Assembly (NCBI GenBank): GCA_030295235.1
Contig: AP026146.1
Location: 434,001-498,000 of the forward strand
Reading direction: 5' to 3'
DNA: 64,000 bases
From: Fistulifera solaris
Lineage: Eukaryota
Shown here: positions 48,693-60,233 of the stretch, in pieces
Layout of the letters: every line of letters starts with the position of its first letter
How positions within the stretch are numbered: the first letter of the stretch is position 1
The notes under the pieces: model-generated
Told to the model about the DNA's origin: nothing
The model's database searches: none
Seen by the model: the letters and a program-made list of their open reading frames with translations, nothing else
Position numbers and translations under genes: made by a program

Positions 48693-48803
48693 ATCTAACG
48701 TAATCGAAAAACCGACTGTGAGTCAAGCTACTTCTGTTTCGGGAAAGTAGCTACACCCGTCACCCGGTGGTAAGTCGGACTCCGAAAACGCGGCCCCGCA
48801 CAG
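48693..48803 (-). repeat. ~110-bp diverged duplicate of coding sequence 47383-47493
   Basis: ATCTAACGTAATCGAAAAACCG...CACCCGGTGGTAAGTC.GACTCCGAAAACGCGGCCCCGCACAG occurs at both places with scattered substitutions. Confidence 0.9.
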
Positions 48804-49439
48804 GGAGGGATGTCGGAACGGCTTCTTTTGTACAAATTCCCTATACAACATTCAAGTAGATATTGTGGTATAGATATCAGTACTAGGAGTTTAGTATTAC
48901 ACAAAAATTCAAAGCAGTGCCGCTTGCTTTTACAATACGAATTAGTGTGGCTGATTTTTCTTGAAGAAAGCTTCTCCTTCTTTTGAAAGAAGCTTTCGAA
49001 AGAAGAAAAAATTCTTTGTACATTCTCTACACAAGATCTACGCACTACAAAAGAAGAAACCTTCTTTCGAAAGAAGCTCGTAGATCGAGTCGTTGTTCAT
49101 TTTTCAGCTTGTTGTTCAATGTACTAAAATAGTAAGTGCATTATTAGAGCCCCAGTATTGAACCAGAAAGCCGAAAAAGTCGATTCGGCACAAGGTTATA
49201 CTGTGTAATACGCGTATAAACACAAAAGATGTATTATCGACACCCTCCCAGAGCGCTTGGAAAAAACTATGTTTACCAGGTACGTGAATTTACCTCGGTG
49301 TAAATTACGTTTCAGCACGAATGCCTATTGATCAGTCACGAGAGAAAAAATTCATCGCAAAAATCATTAGAGTTAAAACTGTTCGTTGCTAATCATCATC
49401 GCATGCATGTTGCGCGTAACCTTTTGCTCGCTCTTTATG

Positions 49440-49835
49440 ATGTCACCCATCTATCCCACTTGATTTTATTGTCTTCTTGATGAATGTGCTTTCGAAACGT
49501 TTCTTGTGAAAAAACCATGTATTCCAGTTCTACTTGCATGGGATTCCGCGGGTGGCTTCTGCGCATCACCTGATGCCATGTCTGTCAAAAGTGCTTCTGC
49601 CGCCAAACCTTCCCACCGCAACTTTCCATTGGCCATTATCATTTGCTTGGGATACATGGCTCGATCCCTGTGTAACATTTGTGCTTCCTTTTGAGCCCGT
49701 TCCATCTTTTTGGAAAGATTCTGTCTAATGCTGCACAGGTGAGTTCAAAAGCGGTTGTATTCGACGTCCTTCAAGTCGGGGTGTAACTCGTAAGCTTCCT
49801 TGGGTCCCATCTGATTTGGATTATGGGGTATCGTT
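49440..49835 (-). pseudogene. Decayed ORF of a multicopy diatom-type hypothetical family
   Basis: IPHNPNQMGPKEAYELHPDLKDVEYNRF*THLCSIR...LHRDRAMYP...GKLRWEGLAAEALL...FRKHIHQE with an in-frame TGA and a frameshift. Family assignment from memory only. Confidence 0.55.
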
Positions 49836-49880
49836 GGAGAATGTCACAGCTACGGTACAGAGAGCAAAGACTGGAACAGT

Positions 49881-49943
49881 GTTAAAATTCTGCCTCGTTA
49901 CGCTACGTAGAATCTTGTACTAGGAGGCAGAATTTTAATGTCC
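49881..49943. repeat. Third copy of the hairpin (MITE-like) unit
   Basis: TTAAAATTCTGCCTC (49882-49896) / GAGGCAGAATTTTAA (49924-49938) flanking ACGCTACGTAGAATCTTGTACT. Confidence 0.85.
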
Positions 49944-50316
49944 TGCCTCGATTCTTCTTCCTATTAGAGCAGTCACTACCAGGTAGTTTTTGCCAATTGT
50001 GGTACCAGTACAAGTATTTTTTTTTTTAATCGTCATTATTTTTTTTTCTCTATTATTTTTGCTACTACGGTAATTTGTTTTGTCACTTGCGGTACTCATT
50101 CAGTAGCGCCTCAGTACCGCAAAAACGATTTATTCTGTAAAGACGACTCATAAACTCATGAAAGAAATTCCTCAAAAAGATCGCTTCGCGTTTTTCCGCC
50201 CTATCCTTTTCCATCTTCCACGGCGGATGGTCGTGAAATAAGGTGTCACGCAATGCAAATGGCTTTTTCTCGGAAAAAGAACCATCGACTATACTGAAAA
50301 CCTTCCATACAATAGA

Positions 50317-50781
50317 ATGATCGGTGTAGTCTTCAAGAAGACAGCTGTATCAGCGACGGCTCGATTTCGTCTTGCATTCCGTCGTTTCACGGCACCAACA
50401 ACATCAGCATTCTTGAGAGAATCGCCCGAGATAGTCAAGGAAAACTTTGCGGAATATTGGAGTATATTCGGGGCATTAGCAGGAATGGCTGTAAACCTAT
50501 CGGCAATTTTAAATCAGCGACCCGATGAGGTTTCTGTCACAATGTCTCGTGATTTATGCGTCGTTGGCAGTTGTTTGGTCATTTGGAGTTACAGAATCGC
50601 TCCGACAAATATTAGTCTCGTCGGCTGCCATGTATTCAATGTATTAACACAACTGAATCTTCTTCGACAAAGACTGCAACACAAACATGATAATGGAATC
50701 CGCATACTTCAGCCCGATTGCAGTCGACAGCGACGTAAGGGAGAAATAGATCCCAATCGACGTCATCGACATCAACAATAA
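50317..50781 (+). CDS. Divergent single-domain MPC-like protein
   Basis: EYWSIFGALAG...PDEVSVTMS...IWSYRIAPTNISLVGCHVFNVLTQLNLLRQRLQHK aligns by eye to domain 1 of the 27621 gene; mitochondrial-type presequence. Confidence 0.7.
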   Translation: MIGVVFKKTAVSATARFRLAFRRFTAPTTSAFLRESPEIVKENFAEYWSIFGALAGMAVNLSAILNQRPDEVSVTMSRDLCVVGSCLVIWSYRIAPTNISLVGCHVFNVLTQLNLLRQRLQHKHDNGIRILQPDCSRQRRKGEIDPNRRHRHQQ

Positions 50782-51062
50782 TGAAATAACTCAACACTAC
50801 AATAGATTCACTGCAACTGAAGACACTATCTGGGCTATAATAGTCGTGTGTTTTTGCTGCTACGTGTTTGGAAGCGGTTGAAGTGCACGCTCCGAGTCTG
50901 TACTGATGTTCCACAGAGATGAGAATCAGACATTAGAGTAATATTACTTAGTGATGGGGTAGCTGCAATTCTCATTTCGGATAGTTCTAATAGCAATGAA
51001 ATCATATTCAAAAAATGTGTCGTTCTAATGCGTCAAGCCTGTCCCCCGTCTCCTTTTGCGAG

Positions 51063-52186
51063 TTATACGCTTTCGATGATAAAGTCCTCATCGTCCTCAT
51101 CATCCTGGACGAACCGCTGCACGTAGGATTCGCGTAATTTTTTCAATGAGGTTTCCAGAATGACGCGTACATCGCTCGGTTTAACTTGTATTGTCTTGGC
51201 AATCGCGTGTGCCGACTGAGGCGGGTGTCGCCCAAGCCGTAGGCCGAACGAATCACAATGATTTCTTGGTCACTCAACACCGAGCGGAGAAACGATTGCA
51301 AATCCGACTCAATCAATTCTTGTAAGATGATATCATCCGGTGAAGGATCATCGCTCGGGATGACGTCTTGTAGTCGTCCAGCAATTTGTTCTTGTTGAAT
51401 ATAGCTATCATCGTCACCTTCTGTGTTGATTGTTTCGTCTAGGAAATCTTCCACCAGTTCATCTTTCTGTACTTTTTCTCCATTATCCAATAACTTTCCA
51501 CTTTGTAGTTCCCATACATCTTGATCGACTGTTTGAACTCGATCGTCTAACCACGGTTTCCTCACTTCCACCGTGCGTTCCATCGATAACAACGTCTTAC
51601 GATTCGCCAATTGCGCATATTGCTGCAATCGTTCCAAAGGCATATCCAGTTCCCGTGCGACTCGGGACCAGCTGCGGTATTTGGTATGCAAAACCCGCGC
51701 TCGTTCGACGACTTCATAAATAGCGGCCGGAAGCTTCACCGGACGATCGTCGTTTCGGTATTCCGCGAGGCGCTCCTGAATGCGTTTCTTCGCATAGGTC
51801 TCAAAATCATGGTCGGGTTGTGATCGGTAGTCACTCATGGCATCCAGTAGAGCGGTTAATCCCTCTTGAATCATGTCAACATCGTCGACATCTTGCACCA
51901 TGTCTTCTACCAGTCGCAAACCAGCGCGTACACTATACTCCAATTTCGGCAAATTACGTTCCTGTCGACGTTCTTGTTCCCAGGTCCAGATACGTTCGGC
52001 TAATTCTCGATTGACATGTCCGGATTTGTCTTCGAGAATGTTAAATTCGGATCGTTCAGAAGCCACCATACGGAGTGAAGTCGATGATACTGCTGTCGAA
52101 TCGAAGGGCGTGAAACCGAACCCCTTTTGAAAGGAAAGTAGCAGCACTGTTATAGAGGCGATATCTATTCTTGTAGATGCTCTCAT
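51063..52186 (-). CDS. Nucleus-encoded plastid RNA polymerase sigma-70-like factor
   Basis: Signal peptide ending GFG-F; region 2 DMIQEGLTALLDAMSDY...FETYAKKRI, RPVKLP, region 3 VARELDMP...LLSMER, region 4 LSDQEIIVIRSAYGL. Shift near 51205, then LRESYVQRF...*. Confidence 0.85.
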
Positions 52187-52591
52187 TTGTGTTGGTTGGG
52201 TATCGATAAATAACGCTCTGTGTTTTAAGAATGGTACCAGTATTTCTATTGATGTTGTTCTTGACGTGAATCTCGAATCTTTTTATAAGGCTTTTTTTAC
52301 TGTCAACCGGCGTCATCGTCGTCAGCGAGGGTTTTCGCATTGTGGGTCGAAATTCTGCTACCAATCCTACTCATGACGGCAGTTTAGCAATACCGGTACG
52401 ATGATTCGTCTGATAATAGGACTTCTCACTCGTTCCGACTTCTCGACTGAAGTCCACATCTTCATATTATAAAAACTTGAGTAACCTCGAATAAAATATG
52501 TTATTGGGATACACCTATTCCACATGTTGTTGACGTAAAAGGTACAAGAGAAGAATGAATTGTTTGTGTTTCTGGTGCGCTAAAAATGATT

Positions 52592-52612
52592 CATGACTGA
52601 AATGCAGTCGTG
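52592..52612. promoter_or_regulatory. Intergenic palindrome CATGACTG-AAATG-CAGTCGTG
   Basis: Exact match to 2458-2478, 50 kb away, with unrelated flanks. Confidence 0.6.
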
Positions 52613-52863
52613 ACAAAAGGTGGCCTACACTTTGGATTATAGTGCTACGGAAACCTAAGGCTAAAGACGTTAAACCTGTAGAACGAGCAGAGTCCGAACA
52701 AGGCTATCTGCATGATAAACTTTAAGAAGAATGAATCAAGCAATGGTTGTACAATAAAAATTCAAGCAATACAGTGCAACTAATCGATACCCAGGATATT
52801 AAAACTGCTTTTTAGGAGTGGTGGTAGATGTTATTTTCTTCTCATTTGATGAGAGATCATTAT

Positions 52864-53421
52864 TTAAGCACCTACTTTGACAAATCGGCGTCGGGCAGCT
52901 TCCTTCTTGGTGAGTTTTTGGGGTTCTTCCTCTTCCATCTTCTCTACAGACTCCTCCTTCTCCTTCAACATAATTTCAATGTGGGCCGGTTGGCTGGCGT
53001 ATTTACCAATACGTCCGTGAGCACGGTATGTTCGTCGTCGACCGGCAGGGGCTCGGTTTACCTGGGCATGGTCAATGATCAAGTTTTCTGTGTCCAATCC
53101 CTTGGTTTCGGCGTTGGCTACGGCGTTCTTCAACAAGTCGCGGTAGACGGCCGTGGCCTTGACGGGCCAACGACCCTTGCTACCGGGGGCTTTGACCTGC
53201 TTGGCCTGGGCTTTGCGGCCAATACCTCCAGTGAAACGAACAAAGGGGATCACAGCCTTGAAGGCTAGAACATCATCCAAGTGCTTCAAAGCCTTGTTGA
53301 CGGGCATTCCCTTGGTGTAGTGGGCAATTTCACGGCAGTGCTTGAAATGCACACGGAGGTGGGATCCTCGCGACTTCGAAACCTTCTCGGGGTTTTCTGG
53401 TTCAACACTATAACGGACCAT
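52864..53421 (-). CDS. RPL17: 60S ribosomal protein L17 (uL22)
   Basis: MVRYS...SRGSHLRVHFK...GRWPVKA...RRRTYRAHGRI...PAHIEIML. Confidence 0.98.
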   Translation of the reverse strand: MVRYSVEPENPEKVSKSRGSHLRVHFKHCREIAHYTKGMPVNKALKHLDDVLAFKAVIPFVRFTGGIGRKAQAKQVKAPGSKGRWPVKATAVYRDLLKNAVANAETKGLDTENLIIDHAQVNRAPAGRRRTYRAHGRIGKYASQPAHIEIMLKEKEESVEKMEEEEPQKLTKKEAARRRFVKVGA

Positions 53422-54106
53422 TGTATTGTATTGTTATATATTCTTCTGAATTGTGGTTTCAATAAGAACAGGAGAAGTGAGATGAATGAATGCCACAGAA
53501 TCGATAAAGGGAGGGAACAAACGCCCCTGAACCAAGCACCAATCAAAAGATAGAAAATTTAAAAGCGACGTTTATTCTGAAACTTCACCAGAGATAGATT
53601 CATATCCGTTAACACTACAAAGAACTATTCCAGAGGAGGATGCCATCGCATCCAGAAAGTGACGACGCGCCTCGATCTCGTTTCTAGGGCACCCTACCGA
53701 ACGCTTGCTTCTCTTGCGACTACGATTGATTGAATCTATGTGATTTGAAATGAAGTAATGTAAAGAAACGAAACAAAATGCTCACCTTGCTCGAATGGAT
53801 AATCGAAGTAAACTCTACTTCAGCACGATAGCAAATTGCGTTGATGAGTGTTGCGAGGAATTTTAGTAAGGCGGTAAAGAAATGGGGTTGCATGTCTGAT
53901 TGGTATCGTTTGACTCGTGACTTGATGCCTCGGTTTGTGGAATGCATGCGGATTAATGACTCAAAGTAAGACACGATTGAATTTCCGCGAAAATTGACGC
54001 CGCGTGGAAGCTTTTCGCACATCTGGTGATCTTCATCTCTTTACCATTTTGGTTTTATCCTGACATCTTTACATTCATTCTTCAAAGGAAAACAATCCTT
54101 TTTAAT

Positions 54107-54983
54107 ATGAAGCTCACATTTTCGTCTGTATTGAGCCTTTTGTTGGTACGTTATCGCGCTTAAACTTTGTATGATGATTATTGATGCGAAGGCTGATCTT
54201 CCGTGTCTTTCCTTCCTTTCACAGCTGTTCGGCGTCGAAGCATCGATTGATGTTCAAGTAACAGTTCGAGGAAAGAAATACGACATATCGGGTGTTACCA
54301 CCGTCAGAGATCTGCAAGAGCAGCTAAAAGAGTCGGGAGTAGAGCCGTCGCAGCACACGATTTTGTTTGGTGGGAAACGTTTGGAAGACGACGACGTTTT
54401 AAGCGATGCCGGTGTTGAGGACGGAGCGCAATTATCCGTGATCCCCCGAATCAATAACAACAAACCGAAAACCAAGAAAGCAAAAACATCGGCGGCTCCT
54501 ACAACGTCGACATCTCCTCAGATGAACGCGGATACACAGAGCATGATGGAAGAGTACATGAAGAATTCAGGGATCGATACATCGAAATTGGATGAAATGA
54601 TGAAGAGTATGGGTGGCGGTGATGGTATGCCGGATATGCAAGAAAGCCTTAAACAAATGTCGTCAATGATGAATAGCCCCATGTTTCAAGAATTCATGAA
54701 TGATCCGGAAAACTTGGAAAAATCTCGTCAAATGATATTGAATAATCCCATGTTAAAAGGTATGATGTCGGGAATGCCAGGTATGGATGAGTTACTAAAC
54801 GACCCGGTTGCATGGCGAGAAGCTATGATGGCAGCGGCCAATATGTACAAAAATATGAATCCAGAAGACCTGATGAAAGCAATGGGAGGAGGACAGCCGG
54901 GAGGACTTTTTGATGGTACCTTAGATCCTTCTTCTTTAGCTGCAGCCAAAGCCCTCGACGAATTAGATGAAGATGATGATTAA
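54107..54983 (+). CDS. Signal-peptide-bearing ubiquilin/Dsk2-like protein (UBL + STI1, no UBA)
   Basis: join(54107-54145,54225-54983): MKLTFSSVLSLLL|LFGVEA-S; UBL TVRDLQEQL...ILFGGKRLEDDDVLSDAGV; STI1-like MMNSPMFQEFMNDPE, MILNNPML, LLNDP. Confidence 0.85.
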
Positions 54984-55294
54984 GTAACTTTATATCTAGA
55001 AGAAAGTTCAAACACTGCTTTGCAACCTTGTTAATCGTCCGAGCGCGACTTGATGTATTAGCATGTTCTTCTTCAAGGTCGCGTAAATGACGTCATACGT
55101 GTCGATGAACAGCAGCCATTTTTGTTTTATTCGGTATCCAACAACGTTGCGTTTCTTGTCATAACAAGTGAAGATCGTCAAGGAGTATTTCGTTCCCATC
55201 GACTGAACCCTTCTTATAGGATAGCTCTTACCCGAAAACTTCTGTGGCTTTCAGCGCATCTATCATCTGTTAGCTGTCAATTTTACGACTGAAA

Positions 55295-55846
55295 ATGAAA
55301 GGTCACGTTTTTTGGTTGATTGGATGTTTCATGTTATTCTTCGGAACAATGCCTGCGCTCGAAATGAGTAGCAACCGTAGATCTTTCTTTCGAAGTGTCG
55401 CAACCGGGGTTACTATGATACCGTTATTTGCCAATGCATCCGAGCGCATCAGTGATAAAGAATTGAAAGAGACAGTCACGGGTGATCTTTTAGAACGTCA
55501 GTTTCTCGTGACAGGTCAAATTACACGATCGATATATCTCCCAACTGCGACGTTCACTGATGAGATCGATACATATAAGCTCGACCAATGGGTCAAAGGA
55601 ACAGCAAAACTGTTTGTAGGTGAGCAATCGAACGTTCGTTTGATTGGTGATGTGGACGTGTCTGCCGATGAAGTCAAGTTCCGATTTGACGAGGATTTGA
55701 TGTTTCGCATCCCTTTTCGACCGATTGTGTCTTTAAGTGGCACCGTTGTTCTAGCTAGAGATGCAACAACAGGATTGATTAGCTCTTACAGGGAAATATG
55801 GGATCAAGACGTCGCGACAGTTCTCAAGTCGGCCAAATTCAAGTGA
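55295..55846 (+). CDS. DUF2358/SnoaL-like protein with signal peptide and twin-Arg motif
   Basis: SNRRSFF; QFLVTGQITRSIY...FTDEID...GLISSYREIWD. Confidence 0.7.
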   Translation: MKGHVFWLIGCFMLFFGTMPALEMSSNRRSFFRSVATGVTMIPLFANASERISDKELKETVTGDLLERQFLVTGQITRSIYLPTATFTDEIDTYKLDQWVKGTAKLFVGEQSNVRLIGDVDVSADEVKFRFDEDLMFRIPFRPIVSLSGTVVLARDATTGLISSYREIWDQDVATVLKSAKFK

Positions 55847-56675
55847 TGTGTCATAATTCAGCATATTAAAATGGACTTGCGGGATCAATTGTCGTTTCGC
55901 AATGAATAGAATCATCAAGTTTTATTGAGTATGTGAACTGGAGATCACACGCAAGCCAAAGCCGGCCATCTAGCAGCTATCCCGCCGCTGCCTTGATATT
56001 TTAGAAATTGTTGAAAGCGCTGAAGATGTCAACAATAGCCAAGTGCTATTGAACCCTCGATTTTCATTTAAACCATCTAGCTCGGGAAAACAATCGAAAG
56101 GATTGATTACTACTACGTATTAGGACGCTCCACGGACCCTTAGTCAATTGGTTGAATGATAGTGACTTAGTGATTTACTGATGCGGGAGGGGTCATCGGT
56201 GTTACTCGGAGTCGCCGGCGTCCGAAGTACAGCAAAGATCAAAGTAAGAACATGATCTGTGCAAAGCTATAAGGTGGAGTGTAGATAACCAGCTGAGACA
56301 GTCATAAAACAATTTCGCTTCCGTTGACGAAACCAGACTGTTTCTCTTTTATCCTTATTTTAGATTACTCTCCGATGTCGCTTCCCAATAGGTGAATTCA
56401 ATCAGCGATAGTATGAAACATGCATCATTCTTTTTACTTAGGCTAAAAATATCAGTGGCTTTTTGTTTGCGATCTACATTACGAAACTTCTCACATTTTC
56501 AAGCTCTTCCACCTCACAACTTCGCAGTTGAAGCGTTGTAAGCTGAAGGTCTACTCCACATTTTCGCCACCTGTCGAACAACTCTTGCTTCGAAGGTTCA
56601 CTCAGAATTTTGTTTACTGGGATAAAGGCCAAGAAACGCAAGAAGAGTCTATTGTCACTGTTTATCCGAGTCGCC

Positions 56676-57239
56676 ATGATTTTTCGTTCCACCATTTTGT
56701 TATCGGTCCTGTTTGCTCTTTCAGCTGCTCAAGAACATGCAGGCCTTGCCAGAGGCTTACAAAGAAACCTCCGCACTATCAAAGCCAGACATGTTGCGGT
56801 TGCCGACTCGCAGGAAGATAATTTGCGTGGCGAAGACTTCAAAGGTATCTGGAGATCGCTCCAAAGCGATATGAGTATGCCCATCGACGTTCCCTCGCCG
56901 GTACCAGTAGCGCCTTCTTCGCCGACAAGCCCCGTTGCTCCCCGAACTGAGGCACCTGTTGCTGCACCAGTCGAAACAGCACCGATAGCACCGATCACCA
57001 CGCAAAGCCCCGTTGCTACCGGAAGCGAAGCACCAGCGTCTTCGCCTGTCGAAGTAGCACCCAGCGCGCCAGTAGAAAGTCCCGTTTCTGTCGAAGAATT
57101 TCCTTCCATTTCACCAGTGGCGGATATTGCTTCTGATATTCCATCGCTTGTCCCTGGTAACGAAAACGACGAACGTTCTGACATTCCCTCTGATTTACCT
57201 TCTGACATTGAAACCGGACCTCCTGTGACAGAAGCTTAA
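56676..57239 (+). CDS. Secreted Pro/Ser/Thr-rich protein, paralog of the N-terminus of the downstream LRR gene
   Basis: MIFRSTILLSVLFALSAAQ...QRNLRT...EDFKGIWRSLQSDMSM...RTEAPVAAPV...RSDIPSDLPSDI. Confidence 0.8.
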   Translation: MIFRSTILLSVLFALSAAQEHAGLARGLQRNLRTIKARHVAVADSQEDNLRGEDFKGIWRSLQSDMSMPIDVPSPVPVAPSSPTSPVAPRTEAPVAAPVETAPIAPITTQSPVATGSEAPASSPVEVAPSAPVESPVSVEEFPSISPVADIASDIPSLVPGNENDERSDIPSDLPSDIETGPPVTEA

Positions 57240-58346
57240 AAAAACCTAGCATTGCTTCAAAACTGAGAACACTTGAATTGGGAAACTTCATCACTTTAAA
57301 CTATAGACCCTTCAATAAATAATAGACAAGAATAGGGTAGACGAAAGCCTCGCACTTTGAGTTGTGTCGGTGTGCATGACCACACCACCTTTCAATTCCT
57401 GCTTGGACTCTTTCCTGGAATCATAAGTACAATTGTACAAGCCCTAATCTACTAATGTTGGAAGAATGCTTTGAACAGATCATTGTTTTTGAAGACATGA
57501 TTGTTCAATAACTCGTAAAATGAAATAGGGGTGTCCTAGCATGCACGTCGTCAATCCCTTCCTTCTTCACCTGTAGGTTCCAGTTTTCCGTACCTTATGG
57601 CCTTGCTGGCAAGGACGATGGGTTGCGAGTTACGGAGTGATTATCATTTACCTGTATTGGCATTGGGGCATGGTCTACGAATTTTTACATGTGATCTCTG
57701 CTAGTCGGTTTTGCAAACCGATGTTTGCTTGACAGGGGGAATTGAATAGGGACACAGATTGCGTCCAGAACAAGAATGGACCTTGGAATTTGAGGTTTGA
57801 ACTTTGTTTTTAGTCAACCTAATAGTAAGACGAAAGTTACGGTGGAAAAAATTGTCCTTGTGCTACCTAGCTCATCCATACGTGATTTGGGATTTGAGTC
57901 TTTGGAATTTTGTTTGTCTTACTCTCGCAGATAGTACAATCTGAACGCATTCCACAGCCGTTGGCAAAGAGCAGGACCAGCTTGTTCTTCTAAGTAACTT
58001 TACCGCTGTACTCCTCTGCATGACGCGGTTCAACGCCACCGGTTGTTACACTTATATTCGGTGCCATAGTACATAGAAACCGTCTACGCTACTTAAGGTG
58101 GGATTTAAGTTGTGTTTTTGTAAGCGACGCTTTTACTTAGCTGGTCACATTCTTACGGTTTTTGCATTCTCCATCCGAGCGGTTGCAAATTGTGAACGAC
58201 TTCAAATCAAACTCATATCAAACGAGAAGCTTCATAAGCTCCTATCAACCTCGTATCGTTACATTTGACCTATTATAGCTGAAAACTCGAGACTTAAGAA
58301 AGGTCGACTCCAAGGGATCGCAACCCATTAGATTGCTTGAGGCAAC

Positions 58347-59971
58347 ATGATTTTCCGTTTTCTTTTACAATCGGTCCTGTTTTCACTTGCAGTTGCTCAA
58401 GACAAAGCTGAGACAACAGCACATATTCAAAGAAATCTTCGCACAAGCAAGGTTAAGTCCGTAAGGGCGAGTGATATCGCAGAGGCGGATGCCATGCGCG
58501 ATGAGGACTTCAAGGGCATCTGGAGATTACTGCAAAATGACATGAGTATGCGCAGCGACGTTCCTTCGTCTATGCCATCACAAAGTGCACCAGTCCCGAT
58601 CGCGCCTACTTCAACCAGTGCGCCAACACAAAGTCCAGTTGCGGTGAGAACTGAAGCCCCAGTCGCAGCCCCCGTTGCGAATCCAACAGCCTCCCCACCA
58701 CGATCAATATTACGGATATTCCGACTCGTCTTCCTTCCCAAATATCATCTTCTGCTCCGGTTGGAGGCATTTCCCCGGCACCAACATCTTTGGAAAGCCA
58801 AGCACCATCTACTCCCGATCCAGAAATACGTTCGGATATCCCCTCCGACTTACCGTCTGATATCCCTTCTATAATGCCCTTTCCACAAGCGCCATCGCCC
58901 CTGGATCCCACAGAACCATCGCTGCCACCTACATTTCCTTGTGGCTCATCGCCTGATTTGCGCGAGTTACTTATGAAGGTGCCGTTGCTAGGAATATCTG
59001 ACGAAGAAGCACTAGATACGGAAGGAACACCCCAAAATGAAGCGTTTCAATGGATCGTTGGAGGTGATCCAAGTTACTTGTGTCCTAACGATCCCATGCT
59101 TTCTCAGCGCTACAGCTTGGTGGTGTTTTATTACTCCACCAACGGAAATCGTTGGACACAATGTGAGGCTCCAGTCGATGCCAGTGATGAAGCTCAGGTC
59201 GAAGAGGCGAACGAGAGATGCAACCTTGAGCCGCTTCCTGATAGTGGTTCCAACGCCTGGCTAACACCGGGGAGTGAATGCGACTGGGCTGGAGTGGTAT
59301 GCAACGATGACGGAATAGTTGAACAGCTTGACATGGGTAAGCATTTTTCTGTTTGGATTTCAGCAAGTTCCTGTCCACTGTTTCATGTATCGCTTATTTC
59401 GTTGAATCTTTCGCAGAGCAAAATGGATTAGCTGGAACCTTGCCGTCTGAATTGCAGCATCTTTCGGCTCTGAAAGTCCTCAGTCTTGAGAACGGTGTTA
59501 TTTCAGGTGTTATTCCTTCGGAGATAGGCGCACTTACAGCGCTCGAAGTCCTAGATCTTAACTTCAATCTGGTCGGCGGTTCTATTCCCACTAGTATTTA
59601 CTCTCTAAGCACACTTCGGCAGCTTGATCTCAATGACAACTCCCTCACTGGTATTCTCTCTCCGGAAATTGGGAACATGGGTAACCTCACTTTCCTGCAA
59701 CTTCATCAGAACCAGTTTGAAGGGACATTTCCATCCGAGTTGGGGCAGCTTTCATTATTAGGTACGTATCAAGTCAGTTGAAGATTACATCCTTTTATTT
59801 TATTCTCATGACATTGCTTCTCTCGTAGAGGCCGCATCTTTTGAATCAAACACTTTTGAGGGATCGATTCCCGCTTCCGTTTGCAGCTTAGCATCGGATG
59901 GACCCTTGGCAAGCCTATCCAGTGACTGCTTGACAGAGGTCGAGTGTTCTTGTTGCACCCAGTGCTTCTGA
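58347..59971 (+). CDS. Secreted leucine-rich-repeat protein with mucin-like N-terminus
   Basis: Signal peptide; TPQNEAFQWI, QRYSLVVFYYSTNG, ECDWAGVVC; plant-type LRRs (L.GTLPSEL, ISGVIPSEIG); ends VECSCCTQCF*. Introns ~59337-59416 and ~59762-59829; frameshifts in the Pro-rich part. Confidence 0.9.
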
Positions 59972-60233
59972 AAGGGCCCTGATGCCATGACACGTCTGAT
60001 ACGAGCAGTTTTCGTAGCTCGCGTGGGTACTTCCACGATACAAACAAATACTCCGTTTATAGAAACAGTCACACAACAATATTACTACTATGCTTACCAC
60101 TGTCATTTCATTATTCTTGAAGCTTTAAAAAAGCTAGCATATCTAGCCCGATCATGGATTAATCAGACCATGCCACCGACCAAAAAGAATGTAACAGATT
60201 GTATCGTATGCATTAGTAAGGTTGGAATAACAG

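Noticed and set aside
51063..52186. Sigma-70 factor as bacterial contamination or recent HGT
   Set aside because: It has a bipartite plastid-targeting N-terminus and sits among intron-containing eukaryotic genes; nucleus-encoded plastid sigma factors are expected.
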